64,000 bases of DNA from an uncultured Verrucomicrobiae bacterium (lineage in GTDB: Bacteria > Verrucomicrobiota > Verrucomicrobiia > Palsa-1439), in NCBI GenBank assembly GCA_963812605.1, contig CAWEWF010000004.1, positions 160,001 to 224,000 on the forward strand, given 5' to 3'. Of this stretch, positions 43,024-55,343 are shown one piece after another. The translations under genes were made by a program, and so were the position numbers. Position 1 is the first letter of the stretch; every line of letters starts with the position of its first letter. Under the pieces are notes generated by a model. The model was not told the DNA's origin. It saw only the letters and a program-made list of their open reading frames with translations, and ran no database searches.

Positions 43024-45403
43024 ATGGCTGACCCGGAAAACAAATTGGTCACGGACGTCGTGAAGACCGAGACGCCCGCGCATGATCTGCCCACGCGGCT
43101 GCCGATTCTGCCGCTGAGCGACGTGGTGGTGTTCCCGCACATGGTCGCGCCCCTGCTCGTGTCCAATCGGCAATCGATCCAACTCATTGACGACGTGGTG
43201 GCCGGCAACCGCCTCCTGGCCGTGACCTTGCAGACGGACCCCGATCTCGAACAACCGCGGGCCGACCAACTGCGCCCGTGCGGCTGCATCGCCCGCGTGA
43301 TGCGGATGCTGAAATTCCCGGATGACAGCGTTCGCGTGCTCATCCAGGGCTTGAAACGGATGCGGATCGTTCGCGTCGAATCGGAGAAGCCGTATTTGCA
43401 GGCGGAAATTTTGCCGCTCGACGACGAACTCGACACAACGATCGAGACGCCCGCGCTGGCGCGCAACGCCGGCAACCTGTTCCAGGAGATCATCAACCTT
43501 TCGCCGTCGCTTCCGGACGAGCTCAAGGTTGCCGTCGTCAATATCGAAGACCCCAGCAAACTGGCGGACGTCATCGCGGCCAACCTGAACATTCCCCTGC
43601 TGGAGAAACAACGACTGCTGGAAGCGGTCAGCGTCAAAACGCGACTCACCCTGCTCACCAGCCTGCTCAACCATGAGGTCGAAGTGCTCCATCTCGGCAG
43701 CGAGATCCAGAACAAGGTCAACACGGCGCTCAGCAAGAGCCAGCGCGACTATTTTCTCCGCGAGCAACTCAAGGCGATCCAAAAGGAGCTTGGCGAAAGC
43801 GGCGAAAACTCGGAGGTCGGGGAATTGCGGGACAAGATCGACAAGGCACAGATGCCGCCGGAGGTAAAGAAGGTCGCCATCAAGGAAGCCGACCGCCTGG
43901 CGACGATCACGCCGGCCGCCGCCGAATACGCCGTGGCGCGGACCTATCTCGATTGGTTGATCGCCCTGCCTTGGTCGAAAGCCACTGATGACAAACTCGA
44001 TATCGCGCAGGCCCGGCGGATTCTCGACGAAGATCATTACGATCTCGAAAATGTTAAAAAACGCATCCTGGAATATCTCAGCGTGTTGAAGCTCAAGAGT
44101 AATGGCGCAACCGAAGCGCCCGCCGGCAAGGGGCCAATCCTGTGTTTCGTCGGACCGCCGGGAGTTGGCAAAACCTCGCTGGGTATGAGCATTGCGCGCG
44201 CGCTGGGCCGAAAATTCATACGCATTTCACTGGGGGGTGTTCGCGACGAAGCGGAAATTCGCGGGCACCGTCGGACCTACATCGGGGCGTTGCCGGGTCG
44301 GGTGATACAAGGATTGCGCCGGGCCGAGAGCAACAACCCGGTTTTCATGCTGGATGAAATCGACAAGGTGGGTGCGGACTTCCGCGGCGATCCGAGCGCC
44401 GCGCTCCTGGAAGTGCTCGATCCGCAGCAAAACAACAGCTTCTCGGACCACTATCTTGAGATCCCGTTTGATTTGTCGCATGTGATGTTCATTGCCACCG
44501 CGAACCTGCTGGAGCCCGTTCCACCGGCGCTTCGCGACCGCATGGAAGTCATCGAACTGCCCGGTTACACGGAAGACGACAAGATCCACATCGCGATGAA
44601 GTACCTCGTGCCGCGACAATTGACCGAGCACGGGCTGAAGAAGACGCAACTAAGCGTGAGCCGGGAAGCGCTCGCCGCCATCATCCGCGACCATACGCGC
44701 GAGGCCGGGGTGCGCAACCTTGAACGGCAAATCGCGACGATTTGCCGCCGCACAGCGCGGCGCATCGTGGAACACAAGGCGAAGTCGGTGGTAATCACGC
44801 CGCGCAACTTGAAGAGCTTTCTCGGCGCCGCCGAGTTTTTCCATGATGTCGCGGAGCGCACAACCGATCCGGGCGTGGCGATCGGCCTGGCGTGGACCGC
44901 GGCGGGCGGGGATATTCTGTTTATCGAGGCCACGCAAATGCCAGGCCGGGGCAATTTGATTTTGACCGGTTCGTTGGGGGACGTGATGCGGGAGAGCGCA
45001 CAAGCGGCGCTCAGTTATGTGCGCTCCCGGGCCAAACAACTGGGCATCGACCCCAAGACCTTTGAGAAATCGGACATTCACGTTCATGTGCCCGCCGGCG
45101 CGATCCCGAAAGACGGGCCATCGGCCGGGGTAACGATGGCGGTCGCCCTGACGTCGCTGCTCGTCCACAAGCCCGTCAAACCGGCGCTGGCAATGACCGG
45201 TGAGATCACACTTCGCGGGAAAATCCTGCCCGGTCGGCGGCATCAAGGAGAAAGTGTTGGCAGCCGCGCGTTCCGGCGTGACCACGGTCGTGTTACCAGA
45301 CCAAAATCGCAAGGATTTGGCCGACGTGCCGGCGGAGATTCGGAAGAAACTGCAATTTCATTTTGCCAAGACGATCGATGCCGCCCTGAAGTTCACGTTG
45401 TAG
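43024..45403 (+). CDS. lon: Lon protease (frameshift near 45230)
   Basis: LON N-domain, [26 protein letters not shown]; VGGIKEK continues in the alternate frame to TAG at 45401-45403. Confidence 0.96.
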
Positions 45404-45413
45404 GCAGGAGCAG

Positions 45414-46529
45414 ATGAGATCGACTGAGCCCATGCCGCTGCGCACAGATCCCGGCGCTGGAAGGTTCGCTGCCGCAAACCTGCAAGACTTTGGCCAAGCC
45501 CTTTTGGTGGCCTGCGGTCTCGCGGAAGATCGCGCGCGCGACGTGGCCGAAGTACTTCTGGAAGGCGACCTGCTCGGGCATACCACCCATGGTCTCGCGT
45601 TGCTCCCCGCGTATCTCAGGGCCATCCAGGAAAAGACGATGGAGACGGTCGGCGAGCCCGACGTCATCGCCGATCATGGTTCTTCCCTGACGTGGGACGG
45701 ACATTATCTGCCGGGTCCCTGGCTCATGCGCCAAGCCATTGCGGTCGCCTGCGCCCGCGTTGCAGAACATCCTGTCGTCACCGTGTCCATTCGCCGGAGT
45801 CACCACATCGGCTGTCTCCAGGCGTACCTTCAACCCGTTACCGAGGCTGGGCTTGTTATTTTGCTCTGCTGCTCCGACCCCGCGTCGCGCACGGTCACAC
45901 CCCACGGCGGGGTCGCTCCTCGCCTCAGTCCGAATCCGCTCGCTGCCGGCATTCCGACAAGCGGCGACCCGATCCTGATCGACATCGGTACATCGTCCAC
46001 TTCCAACGGATTATGCAATCGACTGGCGGCAGCCGGTGAGCGGCTGCCGGGGCCGTGGCTTATCAATCGCGACGGCCACCCAACCGATGACCCGCGTGTT
46101 CTGGATGGCCCGGAAGGGGGCGCGATTTTGCCCCTGGGTGGCACGGACCTCGGCTACAAAGGTTTCGCTCTGGCCCTTCTTGTCGAGGCGCTCACGAACG
46201 CGCTTGCTGGTCACGGTCGCGCTGATGATGAATCGCGCTGGGGGGCTTCTGTGTTTTTGCAGATTCTGGATCCCCGGCGTTTTGGCGGGCGAGAATCTTT
46301 TCTGCGCGAGACGAGCTTCTTTGCCCAACTCTGCCAGGAAACGCCAGTGCCCTCCGGGAAACCGCCCGTCCGTTTGCCGGGGCAAGCTGCGCTCTTGCGT
46401 CGCAGGGAACAACTGGCGAACGGCGTCGTGCTGCATCCGACAATTCTTCCGGCATTGGTGCCGTGGGCTTCGAAACTGGGTGTTTCACTCCCAATGGCTG
46501 CGAGGCCACAGGATATTCTACGGCAATAA
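45414..46529 (+). CDS. Ldh_2 (malate/L-lactate/ureidoglycolate dehydrogenase family) oxidoreductase
   Basis: GHTTHG, SHHIG, PNP, GYKGFAL, PG motifs. Confidence 0.85.
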   Translation: MRSTEPMPLRTDPGAGRFAAANLQDFGQALLVACGLAEDRARDVAEVLLEGDLLGHTTHGLALLPAYLRAIQEKTMETVGEPDVIADHGSSLTWDGHYLPGPWLMRQAIAVACARVAEHPVVTVSIRRSHHIGCLQAYLQPVTEAGLVILLCCSDPASRTVTPHGGVAPRLSPNPLAAGIPTSGDPILIDIGTSSTSNGLCNRLAAAGERLPGPWLINRDGHPTDDPRVLDGPEGGAILPLGGTDLGYKGFALALLVEALTNALAGHGRADDESRWGASVFLQILDPRRFGGRESFLRETSFFAQLCQETPVPSGKPPVRLPGQAALLRRREQLANGVVLHPTILPALVPWASKLGVSLPMAARPQDILRQ

Positions 46530-49500
46530 CCGAACTCGATAGAATCTGCGCAATTGACTAATGGCCCCGGGATCGTTGATTTGGATAATCCCTCCGTTTC
46601 CGGGAATGTTGTTACTGAGTGCCAGCCATGTCCCCGTAACGAGGTCGGAGGTGTATTCCACACGATAATTCATGCCCAAGACCGTTCCAAAGCCAATGTT
46701 CGCGTCATTGCCGCTCGAAAAAAAAGAATTCACGCGGAGAAAGTTGCTGGCGTCCAGCGGAGAAGTCCCTGCCAAATACTCCTGCAGGTTATTCAGGCCG
46801 TCGCCATCCGGGTCACAGGTTGCGCAGGAAATGCCATTCGTGGTGGTGGGCGTGCCGAACTGCGTGGCGCGCCACGAATCGGAAATACCGTCGCCGATGG
46901 AATCCGGCCCAAACGCAATCTGCGTGGAACCACCCGTATGGTTGAATTTGACGTTCACAAAACCGGCGCCATCGTAAAACCAGCCGAGACTCGTCGCGGC
47001 AAAGTCCGTCGTATTGGTGAACCGCGGAAGACGAACGCCATCGCGCTCGACACCGAACGGTTGGGCGACGAAAAAGCGCAGGAGCATCGGGCGCGGCTGG
47101 GAGAGCAAGGTCGCGGTAATAACCGTGCCGTTGGACTGGCACGAGAGGCTGGTGCCGTCGTACACCGTAAAGCTGGAGTTCGTCGTCGGATAGACAAGGA
47201 ACTGCAAGGAACTGCCGGGCACGATCAGGTTGGGGTTGGAGGTATAGCTGGTGTCGAGGGCCGTCTGTACATTTGTCGAGATCATCGGGATCACCGCGCC
47301 CTCGCGTACGAACAATGGCATCTGGTGTTGGTTGGCATTGATCCAGTTGATGGTCTGTCCGCCGTTGTAGCGTTGGCCCAGGAAAAAGTCGTACCAGTTC
47401 CCTTGCGGCAGGTAAACCGTGCGGCTGGTGGCATTATTGGTAATGATCGGGGCGACCAGGAACTCGTTGCCGAAGAGGTACGAATGGCTGGTATTGTACA
47501 CGCTGCCGTAGGTATTGGTGTCGGTCTGGTAAAGCAGCACGAGCGGACGGATGATGGGCAGACCGTTGGTGCTGGACTGGGTGGCGTAGGAATAAATGTA
47601 CGGGAACAGCGCGGTATGCAGTTGGGCGTAGAATTGGTAGTTGGTCAGTGCGTCCGCGCCGAAGCTCCACGGGTAAATCCAGCACATGCCGACGCTGCGG
47701 TGCATCTGCATGATCGGCGAAAACGCGCCGAATTGCGTCCAGCGCATAAAGAGATTCGTCGGCGTCGAGCTCCAGTTGGCGTCTTCATACCCGCAAATAT
47801 CGTGGCCCCAAATGGAATACCCGCTCATCGCGCAGGATTCGCCGGCAAGCATGACCGCCGGCAAGCCGTTGCCATCGCCAAAATTCGGCTCGTTGTCACC
47901 GGCCCAGTTCCCCGGGTAAGCCTGCGACCCCGCAAAGCCACCGCGCTCCCACAGCATGCCGTTGGTGCCAAGGACGCTGGCAACAGTCTTGTCGTATTCG
48001 ACGGAATAGCCATTTTGCATGAGAAGGCCGGTGCGGCCATCGGCATACAGGGCGTTCGTCGGAATGTACGGCCCGGTGCTGGCCTGCGCTTCGCCATCGT
48101 CGGTCTTAAAGCCGCCAATGACGCCACCGCTCTGGTTGATCAGATTACTGAGGATATTTTGGAACCACTGCACGGCGTTGGGGTTGGTAAAATCGATCGG
48201 GCTGCCTGTTCCTTTCCACCAGGCCGCCGACAGCACATTGGTCGTGCCGCCGGAGACTACGTGGACAAAATAATTACTGGCCAGCGCCGTGGCGTATGTG
48301 GATGCGGGCTGCGTGGTGGTGATCCCCGGCACCGGGCAAATATTATACTCGCAGTTGTTGTAGCACTCCGAGGCGGAACTGGTGTTGATGAACGGGGTGA
48401 ACCAGCAGATGGCCTTGTAGCCGTTGGTCTGCAGGAACGTCATCATATCGCCAATCGTGTTAAAGCCCGGGTACGACGTGCTCTCGAAGGTGCCGCCGGG
48501 TCCGAATTGCTGGAGGTTCCAATTGAAATCGTTGTAGCCGGTTTCCCAGGGCGAATCAAAGACGAAGACCGAGCCCGGCACCCCGCGTGCACGCAGTTCG
48601 GAAACGACGTAGCGCACTTCGCCGCCGCTGCTCCAGAAATCCGAACTCATCCATGGCAGGAAGACCCAGGGCGGCGGAAGCATCGGCCGGCCCTCATAGC
48701 CGGTGTAACGCGTCAACACATCGGTCAGGTTCGGCCCATACACCATGTTATACGCCAACGCGGAATACATGTTGCTCACAACATAGCGGTCGGGATACTG
48801 GTTCCGCATGTCGAACCAACTCTCCGCGGTGGAATCCAGATGGAGGCCGTATCCCGAGGTGCTCATGAACCACGGGGCGGTCAGGTATGTGTTGTCGCTG
48901 TTGGTGCGATCGGACGTGTCGTAGTTCATGATGTGAACTTTGTTGCCCGCCTGGTCCAGGCCGTTGAACTTTTCGCCGAACCCATAAAAGTGCTCGGTCG
49001 AACTGGATGGCACCGTGATCGAGGTCGCCGTGACCGGTAGCGCGCCCCAGTTGGCGACCGCGTAGCGCATCACGCCGGGATACGGAAATGTCAGTTGCGC
49101 CACAATCGAGGTTGAGCCGGCCGACTGCACGAGTTGAACGCCGTTGCTGATCGGAGTGGATGACTGCACGCCGCCGATCAGATACGAGCTGCCGCCGGCG
49201 CTGAAGGAGGCCGGTAGCAAGGTGATCGTGTTCACTCCCGGATTGCCCGCGATGTCGGGACCAATGAGTGTAATGTGACCGGAGTTTTGATAGACGCGCG
49301 CTTCCAGCACGCTGGAGCCAACCGCGTTCGAAAAGGAAACGAATGGTCCCGATGGTTGCAGTGATGGCTGAACGACAAACTGGAATGGATTCGCCTGGGC
49401 CACGCTTTCAATCTCCGCGCTCTGGGACAGGTTGTCATTGCCGTAGAGAAATGTTGGCAGGTGGTCGCTGTAAGGAATCTTGAAATAATACTGCACTGTG

Positions 49501-50366
49501 TCACCCGGGTTGAAAGCGTTCGCGGGAATCGAGTTGGAGTAGTATTTGTTATTTCCGTTCGCTCCGCCTTGATACCAAAATGCCATCGGGATCGAGGTCC
49601 ACGTCGAGTTGGTCGCGTTCCGATAAAAAATCGTGCTCCCCGTCTGCAGTTGGTTGCCCGGATCGCCGGAACCTTGGAACTGGTTGCCGGTATAGAGGAA
49701 CACCGCCGTGTTGGACAAAATCCCGCTCAAGGGGCTGCGCATTGTCAATCCGCTGTTACCGGCCTCGATGTCACTGGGGATATGAAAGGAAGTGCCCAGG
49801 TTGGCTTGGAAATTGCCGTTCGTGGTCAGCAGGATTCGATCGACCCGCATTCCGTCCTCGCGCATCCACAAGCTGAACGTCTGCACGCCCGTGGAGTTGA
49901 CTGTCAAAGTGGCGACGCCGTTAAGCGTGTTCGTCCGCGTCCACTGCCAGACGCCGTACTGGCTCAAGGTGATATTCGCCGCGGTGTTGGTTGTCCCGCC
50001 AAGTCCGGCATGAACGGAGTCATCCGTATTGGAGGCCGCGTAACCGCGAATCCAAACAAAGTGTGTCTGCGCGTTGGCAAAATTGACGGCGTAGTCCAAC
50101 TCCGGGCTTGTATTGAGCCAACTGGTGTTCAGGTTCACGCCGATGTTTGGCGTCGCTTCCATGTATCCCGTGCCACTGAAGCCCGGGACCGCGTTGGTGG
50201 CGACCCATTGGAAGTTCGTCCCGCTGATGGTGCGCGGGATGTTGTTGGAAAAACTCTCCGCTTCGATGACGACTACACCGCCTGCCTCGGTGAACGCAGT
50301 TTGCGCGTTTGCAGTGGAGAGAATACCGGAGAGCAGCGCAAAAGCGCCCAGAGCATATCGAATCAT
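46518..50366 (-). CDS. Secreted multimodular GH31 alpha-glycosidase
   Basis: Signal peptide, N-terminal CBM-like beta-sandwich (IEAESF..REDG..VDRI), YGFGE, FKTDDGE (nucleophile), WAGD (acid/base), GHDI, and C-terminal DPDGDGLNNLQEYLAGT..RFYRV tail. Confidence 0.9.
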   Translation of the reverse strand: MIRYALGAFALLSGILSTANAQTAFTEAGGVVVIEAESFSNNIPRTISGTNFQWVATNAVPGFSGTGYMEATPNIGVNLNTSWLNTSPELDYAVNFANAQTHFVWIRGYAASNTDDSVHAGLGGTTNTAANITLSQYGVWQWTRTNTLNGVATLTVNSTGVQTFSLWMREDGMRVDRILLTTNGNFQANLGTSFHIPSDIEAGNSGLTMRSPLSGILSNTAVFLYTGNQFQGSGDPGNQLQTGSTIFYRNATNSTWTSIPMAFWYQGGANGNNKYYSNSIPANAFNPGDTVQYYFKIPYSDHLPTFLYGNDNLSQSAEIESVAQANPFQFVVQPSLQPSGPFVSFSNAVGSSVLEARVYQNSGHITLIGPDIAGNPGVNTITLLPASFSAGGSSYLIGGVQSSTPISNGVQLVQSAGSTSIVAQLTFPYPGVMRYAVANWGALPVTATSITVPSSSTEHFYGFGEKFNGLDQAGNKVHIMNYDTSDRTNSDNTYLTAPWFMSTSGYGLHLDSTAESWFDMRNQYPDRYVVSNMYSALAYNMVYGPNLTDVLTRYTGYEGRPMLPPPWVFLPWMSSDFWSSGGEVRYVVSELRARGVPGSVFVFDSPWETGYNDFNWNLQQFGPGGTFESTSYPGFNTIGDMMTFLQTNGYKAICWFTPFINTSSASECYNNCEYNICPVPGITTTQPASTYATALASNYFVHVVSGGTTNVLSAAWWKGTGSPIDFTNPNAVQWFQNILSNLINQSGGVIGGFKTDDGEAQASTGPYIPTNALYADGRTGLLMQNGYSVEYDKTVASVLGTNGMLWERGGFAGSQAYPGNWAGDNEPNFGDGNGLPAVMLAGESCAMSGYSIWGHDICGYEDANWSSTPTNLFMRWTQFGAFSPIMQMHRSVGMCWIYPWSFGADALTNYQFYAQLHTALFPYIYSYATQSSTNGLPIIRPLVLLYQTDTNTYGSVYNTSHSYLFGNEFLVAPIITNNATSRTVYLPQGNWYDFFLGQRYNGGQTINWINANQHQMPLFVREGAVIPMISTNVQTALDTSYTSNPNLIVPGSSLQFLVYPTTNSSFTVYDGTSLSCQSNGTVITATLLSQPRPMLLRFFVAQPFGVERDGVRLPRFTNTTDFAATSLGWFYDGAGFVNVKFNHTGGSTQIAFGPDSIGDGISDSWRATQFGTPTTTNGISCATCDPDGDGLNNLQEYLAGTSPLDASNFLRVNSFFSSGNDANIGFGTVLGMNYRVEYTSDLVTGTWLALSNNIPGNGGIIQINDPGAISQLRRFYRVRLLP

Positions 50367-50479
50367 TGACTCATCCCTTCATGAATGCCGATAGCTATCA
50401 CGTAGCATTCTCCCCGCCAGATTGCGTGAAACCAATCTAGCCCGATGCGCGGTTTTTGTCGAACCGGCACGGCGGTCAG

Positions 50480-51334
50480 ATGCTTTACAAATTCGGCCAT
50501 CTGCGGCAAAATCCTCCCATGTTGCGCCACATGGTCGCGGGCGTTCGCCGTTTCGGGTTGTACCCAATGTACGTTCATCAGCGGGATAATTGGGAGTTTT
50601 TGGCGGTGCTCCGCGGGAAATGTGGCGCCGTGCTGAGCGAAACCGGCCCGGTCGCTCTCCTAACTCGACATCTTTGGATCTTTCCGCCGGAAGCCGCCCA
50701 TGGTTGGAAGGGCGATGGCGCAAACCGCTGCAAGGTTGCTGTCTTCCACTTCGGCAAAGTTCCGCAGTTGCTCGAGAAGGTCGCCCGCGAACACGGCTAT
50801 CTGGAGTGCGCACTGTCGTCCGCTCAAGTACGGCGCGTCACCGAAATCGAAGCGGAATTGCGCGTGCCCTACGGCCGCGTGACCGAGAAGAGTCTCCTGT
50901 TTTTTGAGAAGGCTCTGATCGAACTTTCCTTGATCGCGTTGGCGGACATCCCGGCGACCGATGATAGCGGGGTTGAGCATCCCTTGCAGAAAGTCCAGGC
51001 CTGTCTCGCGTGGTACAACGAACACATGCTCGAGCAACCGAAACTCGAACAAACAGCGGAGGCCGTCAACGTCTCCGTCCGCCACTTGCGCCGCCTTTTC
51101 TGGCAGTCACGCCGGGAAAGTCCGCAGGCTGCGTTCACGCGTGTGCGCCTCGAACGAGCGATGGGCTTATTGTCGCTTTCCAACCTCAAGCTCGAGGCCG
51201 TCGCTGAACAATGTGGCTTTTCAAGCAGCAGCGATTTCTGCCGTGTTTTCAAAACCCACCATCACATCAGTCCCGATGCCTGGCGCAAGAGACACCTGCC
51301 GGCCTATGAAGAACCCGCCACCACGCGGAAATAG
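50480..51334 (+). CDS. AraC-family regulator (cupin + HTH)
   Basis: HQRDNWE...HG cupin; CGFSSSSDFCRVFK; divergent from the GH31 gene. Confidence 0.88.
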   Translation: MLYKFGHLRQNPPMLRHMVAGVRRFGLYPMYVHQRDNWEFLAVLRGKCGAVLSETGPVALLTRHLWIFPPEAAHGWKGDGANRCKVAVFHFGKVPQLLEKVAREHGYLECALSSAQVRRVTEIEAELRVPYGRVTEKSLLFFEKALIELSLIALADIPATDDSGVEHPLQKVQACLAWYNEHMLEQPKLEQTAEAVNVSVRHLRRLFWQSRRESPQAAFTRVRLERAMGLLSLSNLKLEAVAEQCGFSSSSDFCRVFKTHHHISPDAWRKRHLPAYEEPATTRK

Positions 51335-53838
51335 AGTCCGTTCGGGCCAATCCCGCGGCCGATCTTCACCAGCACCGCGTTTTCTCCCTCGCGCAAATCC
51401 ACGTCCACTACGTCTTCGTCAGGCTCGGCGCCCCGATGTACCTGCTTGTCGAATACGATCTGTCCGTTAAGCCAAATCGTCAGTGCATCGCCGCTGCCCA
51501 CATATAACCGCGCCTTGCCAGCGTGGGTCGCTTGGAACGTCGTTGCGCCAAACGTCGTCGCACCGCTGTTGTCCTTGCCCAACGCCTTCTCGAAATCCAC
51601 ATAGCCATCGATTCGCACACAATCATCCCCCACCACACGCCACCGCACGCGCCGCCCACCCTTGCCCGCGTACTCCGCGCCAGGATCAGTAGGCAATTCT
51701 GCCGTAAATTTCGCGCCCACTCCGCCGTCAAATGGTCCGAGTACACTCCACTGAGGCGGCTTGATCAATGTCAGCGTCGGCGCATTCGACAGAGCCGAAC
51801 TCCTGACCTTTACCGCGTAGCTCCCCACGTCAAGCGACTCCGGTGGACTCACATAGAACGCTATCCGTGCTTCGCCACCGGCTGGCGCGGTAATTATCTG
51901 TTGTACGCTCGGGCAACACCGTAAACCCCGCGGGTAGGGACAACTCCACTTCACCACTCAAGCTATTTGTGCCGCGATTGTGCGCTGTCAGAAAAACCTT
52001 TTCGTACTTCTGCCCGCGAATCAGCCGCTGCGTGGGCACAATGCCGCGTTCATTTCTCGCGCCCGCCAATTCGATGAATGCATCGCCTCGTTGATCGATT
52101 GGCAACGGCGGGAAAATCTTCTCGAAGTCAGCCGCGCGTTCGGCGCGAATGAAGATAGGAATCTCTGCGAGCCCCGGTCGTACCGTAAAGGTCTTCGGTC
52201 CCGCGAGTTTTTCTTTCGTCAAGGCGTTCACCCATTCGCCACTGGGGAGATAGACGGAACGTTCACCAGACTCGCTCAATACAGGCGCAACGAGCAGATC
52301 GCTGCCCAGAAAGAACTCGTCATCCATATTGTAGGTCGCAGGATCGTTCGGGAACTCATACAGGAGCGGCCGCCACATCGGGACACCTTCTTCTCGCGCG
52401 AGTTTTGCGGCGGCGAGGAGATAATCATGCAGCGCCCAGCGCAGGTTGAAATAGTATTTCGCGATGCGCACCGTTTCATCGTCGTAATACCACGGCTCAC
52501 GCGGCGTCGTGCCGTGCAGTTGCATGATCGGACTGAGCGCGCCGAGTTCCAGCCAGCGGATGTAAAGATTTTTCGTCGGCGTGCCCGCGTAGCCGCCGAT
52601 GTCGTGGCCCCAATAAGGATATCCCGAGAGTGCCGCGCTCAAGTCCCGCCCGCACTACCCGCGGAAAATCACTCCAGGATGACGATTGGTCTCCACCCCA
52701 GAACGTCGAGTCGCCCGCGCAGGGCGGCGTGCCGGATCGCGCAAAGGTCATCCCCACTTTGCCAAGATCCTGGAACGCATCCAGCACGGCGCGCTGGTAA
52801 TAAAAAGGATGCAAATTATGGAACCACGGGTCGGGCATCCGTTCGCCGCCGTCGGTCTTGAAGCCATCCACACCCATCGCAATGAGCGGCTCCTGCAATT
52901 TCTGCCACCACAATCGCGCCGCCTCCTTGCGGAAATCGATCTTCACCGCATTCTCCAGCCAGTCCACGCGCAATTCGGTACCGTCGGGTTTCAAGACGAG
53001 ATAGCCATTCGTGCTGGCTTCCGGGTAGGTGCTCGCGCTGTCCCAAATGCTCGGTGTTTCCCAGCAGACGACGTGATAGCCGCGCCCGTGCAGTTTCCCG
53101 ATCCACTCTTTCGGGTTTGGATACCGCGCCTGCTCAAAACGGAAATTCTGCAAGCCTTCCGCCCACGCTTCCAACACCACCGCGCCTGCCTTGAGCCCGT
53201 GCGCCTCCATCTTGTCGATCACGCGGTCGATCTCATACTCCGAGAGGTACGAATTGCGCGAAATCCATGGCTCAAAAACCCAATCCGGCACCGGCCGCGG
53301 CCGGCCCACAAGTTTCGTGTACTCAGCCAGGATCTCGCGCGGCGTTCCTTTGAATTCAAAGACATCCGGCCCGGATTCGGGAACTTCAATGCGCAATTCA
53401 TTCGTGACGGTTGCGCCACAATCAAATCGCACTTTGCCTGTGCAATTCACAAACAGACCGTAGCCCTTGCTGCTGATGAGAAACGGTGCGCAGATGTATG
53501 ACCGGTTGCCGCCGCCCCACGCATCGACGATCCAACTCTCCATCGTGCGCCCGCGCATATTCAGCGCGTCGAAGCGTTCACCGAAACCCCAAAGCGCCTC
53601 GCCGTCTGTCAATTTCCTGTGCAGCGGGTTGCCGCTGAATTCGATAATCGCCGTCGCACCGTTGGTGTCCGCAAGAGGGTAGCCATGAGACGGGTCGCCA
53701 TAGATAAAGCGCAGCACGCGTGGCGCAGCCGCCGGCTGGGATGGAGCTTCGCGCCTGCCGTGGGCCAGTCTGCGCGCAACCAGCGAGAGACAGCGCCAGG
53801 ACTGTCACCCGTAGGGAAACGAAATGCGATCTCCTCAT
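51304..53838 (-). CDS. GH31 alpha-glycosidase lipoprotein (three frameshifts, ~53720, ~52640, ~51930)
   Basis: Lipobox LAGC; WGFGERF, FKTDGGE, WGGD, GHDIGGY, MQLHG..PREPW; C-terminal PA14-like region (WSVLGPF). Confidence 0.85.
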
Positions 53839-54549
53839 TTCACCTCCACCACGGAATGATTTTCCTTGTCGGTCTCGTCACCGTTTGGATCGGCAATCCA
53901 GTGGTCGCCGTCGATGACAAACTGGTAGAGATGTCGGCCCGGCTTCAACTCGACTTCCGCACGCCACACACCGTCACCATCCGGGCCGTGCATGACGAAT
54001 TGCGGATCAAAAACGAGACCGTCGCGGTTGTGCCCCCAATCATTGAAATCGCCCGCGAGATAGACCAGGTGCGCCGTCGGGGCGTAACACGCGAGGAGTA
54101 CGCCGTGAGACGTGCGTTGTGGCTTCCACTTCGGGTTGCGCGCGCTGGGAATGAGCACGTCACCGCCAGCGCTGACGCGAAGAATGGCGTTCTGGTCGCC
54201 GTCGCGTTCGTCAATCGAATCGGGCGCGAACCACCCATTCCCCTCGCCGTTCACATTGAACTTGAAACGATACATCCCCGAATCGAGTTTTACTGTCTTG
54301 CGCCAGACGCCGTTGGTGTCGGGTCCGTTCATTGCAAATGCGGAATTGGTAATGCGTCCATCCACATTATTCGCCCAGCCGTTGAAATCGCCCGCCAGAT
54401 AAACGACGTGCGCCTCGGGTGCGTAGCATTGAAAAAGAATGCCGCCATCCGTCTTTTGCGGGAGAAGCGAGAGCGATTGCGCGAGGGAATTGTGTTTGCG
54501 CGGAAACGGTCGTCGTGATTGCCAACAGGATCAACAACGCACGGTTCAT
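53835..54549 (-). CDS. Secreted tandem CBM48/AMPK-beta glycogen-binding protein (frameshifted)
   Basis: Two VYLAGDFN.W ... GVW ... Y.F ... W..PD units. Confidence 0.8.
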
Positions 54550-55220
54550 TTCCGCCGCACGATGGTCTCGAGCTGCTGCCGCAACTTGACGATGCTGTCG
54601 GCCGGACAGACCCCGCGCCAAAGAATATTCGGGTAGAGCACGGTGTTGCGCCCGATGATCGAGCCCGGATTCAGCACGCAGTTGCAGCCGATGTCGCAGC
54701 CGTCGCCGACAATCGCCCCGAACTTGCGCAAGCCGGTGTCGATGTCATTGCCGTACTTGACCGTGATATTGCCCTTCATCGATTTGGCATTCGACAGAAT
54801 CACGCCCGCGCCGAGGTGCGCCTTGAAACCCAGGATGGAATCGCCGACATAACTGAAATGCGGAACCTGCACGCCATTAAAGAGCACGGAGTTTTTGAAT
54901 TCAGACGCATTGCCGAGCACACAGTCATTGCCCACGATGACATCGCCGCGGACATAAGCGCTGGAGCGAATCTGGCAATTTTCCCCGATAATCGCCGGCC
55001 CCTTGATCACCGCGCCGTGCTCGATGACCGTTCCCTTGCCGACAAACACATCGTCGGCGATGTACGGCACGCCAATGGTCGTGCACAATCGCGCGGGCTT
55101 GAGGTGCCGCTTGATAAAATCGGGTAGCTTCTTCAGCACGTCCCAGACGTGTTCGTCGCCGTCGAATAACTCGGGAAAAGAAAACTGCTTCAGTTCGAGG
55201 AAGTTTTCCGCGCGAAACAT
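54546..55220 (-). CDS. Hexapeptide-repeat acetyltransferase (GlmU C-terminal-like)
   Basis: Left-handed beta-helix repeats, PHFSYVGDSILG, RKFGAIVGD. Confidence 0.85.
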   Translation of the reverse strand: MFRAENFLELKQFSFPELFDGDEHVWDVLKKLPDFIKRHLKPARLCTTIGVPYIADDVFVGKGTVIEHGAVIKGPAIIGENCQIRSSAYVRGDVIVGNDCVLGNASEFKNSVLFNGVQVPHFSYVGDSILGFKAHLGAGVILSNAKSMKGNITVKYGNDIDTGLRKFGAIVGDGCDIGCNCVLNPGSIIGRNTVLYPNILWRGVCPADSIVKLRQQLETIVRRK

Positions 55221-55343
55221 GCGGGCATCCTAATGACGCGGCCGCCTCCCGGCAAGCAGTTCCGTGCGCAGCGCGCGGTTTACCTTAGGCTGGCGCACAA
55301 CCCAAAATCCGTGTAAAGGTCATGGTCATGAATGCGCCCACTG

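Noticed and set aside
46554-49040. 828-aa plus-strand ORF (likewise 6597..8069, 11458-region, 32442..33758, 34009..35124, 56356..57924)
   Set aside because: These are antisense shadows of well-supported genes, expected in high-GC3 DNA, with no motifs of their own.
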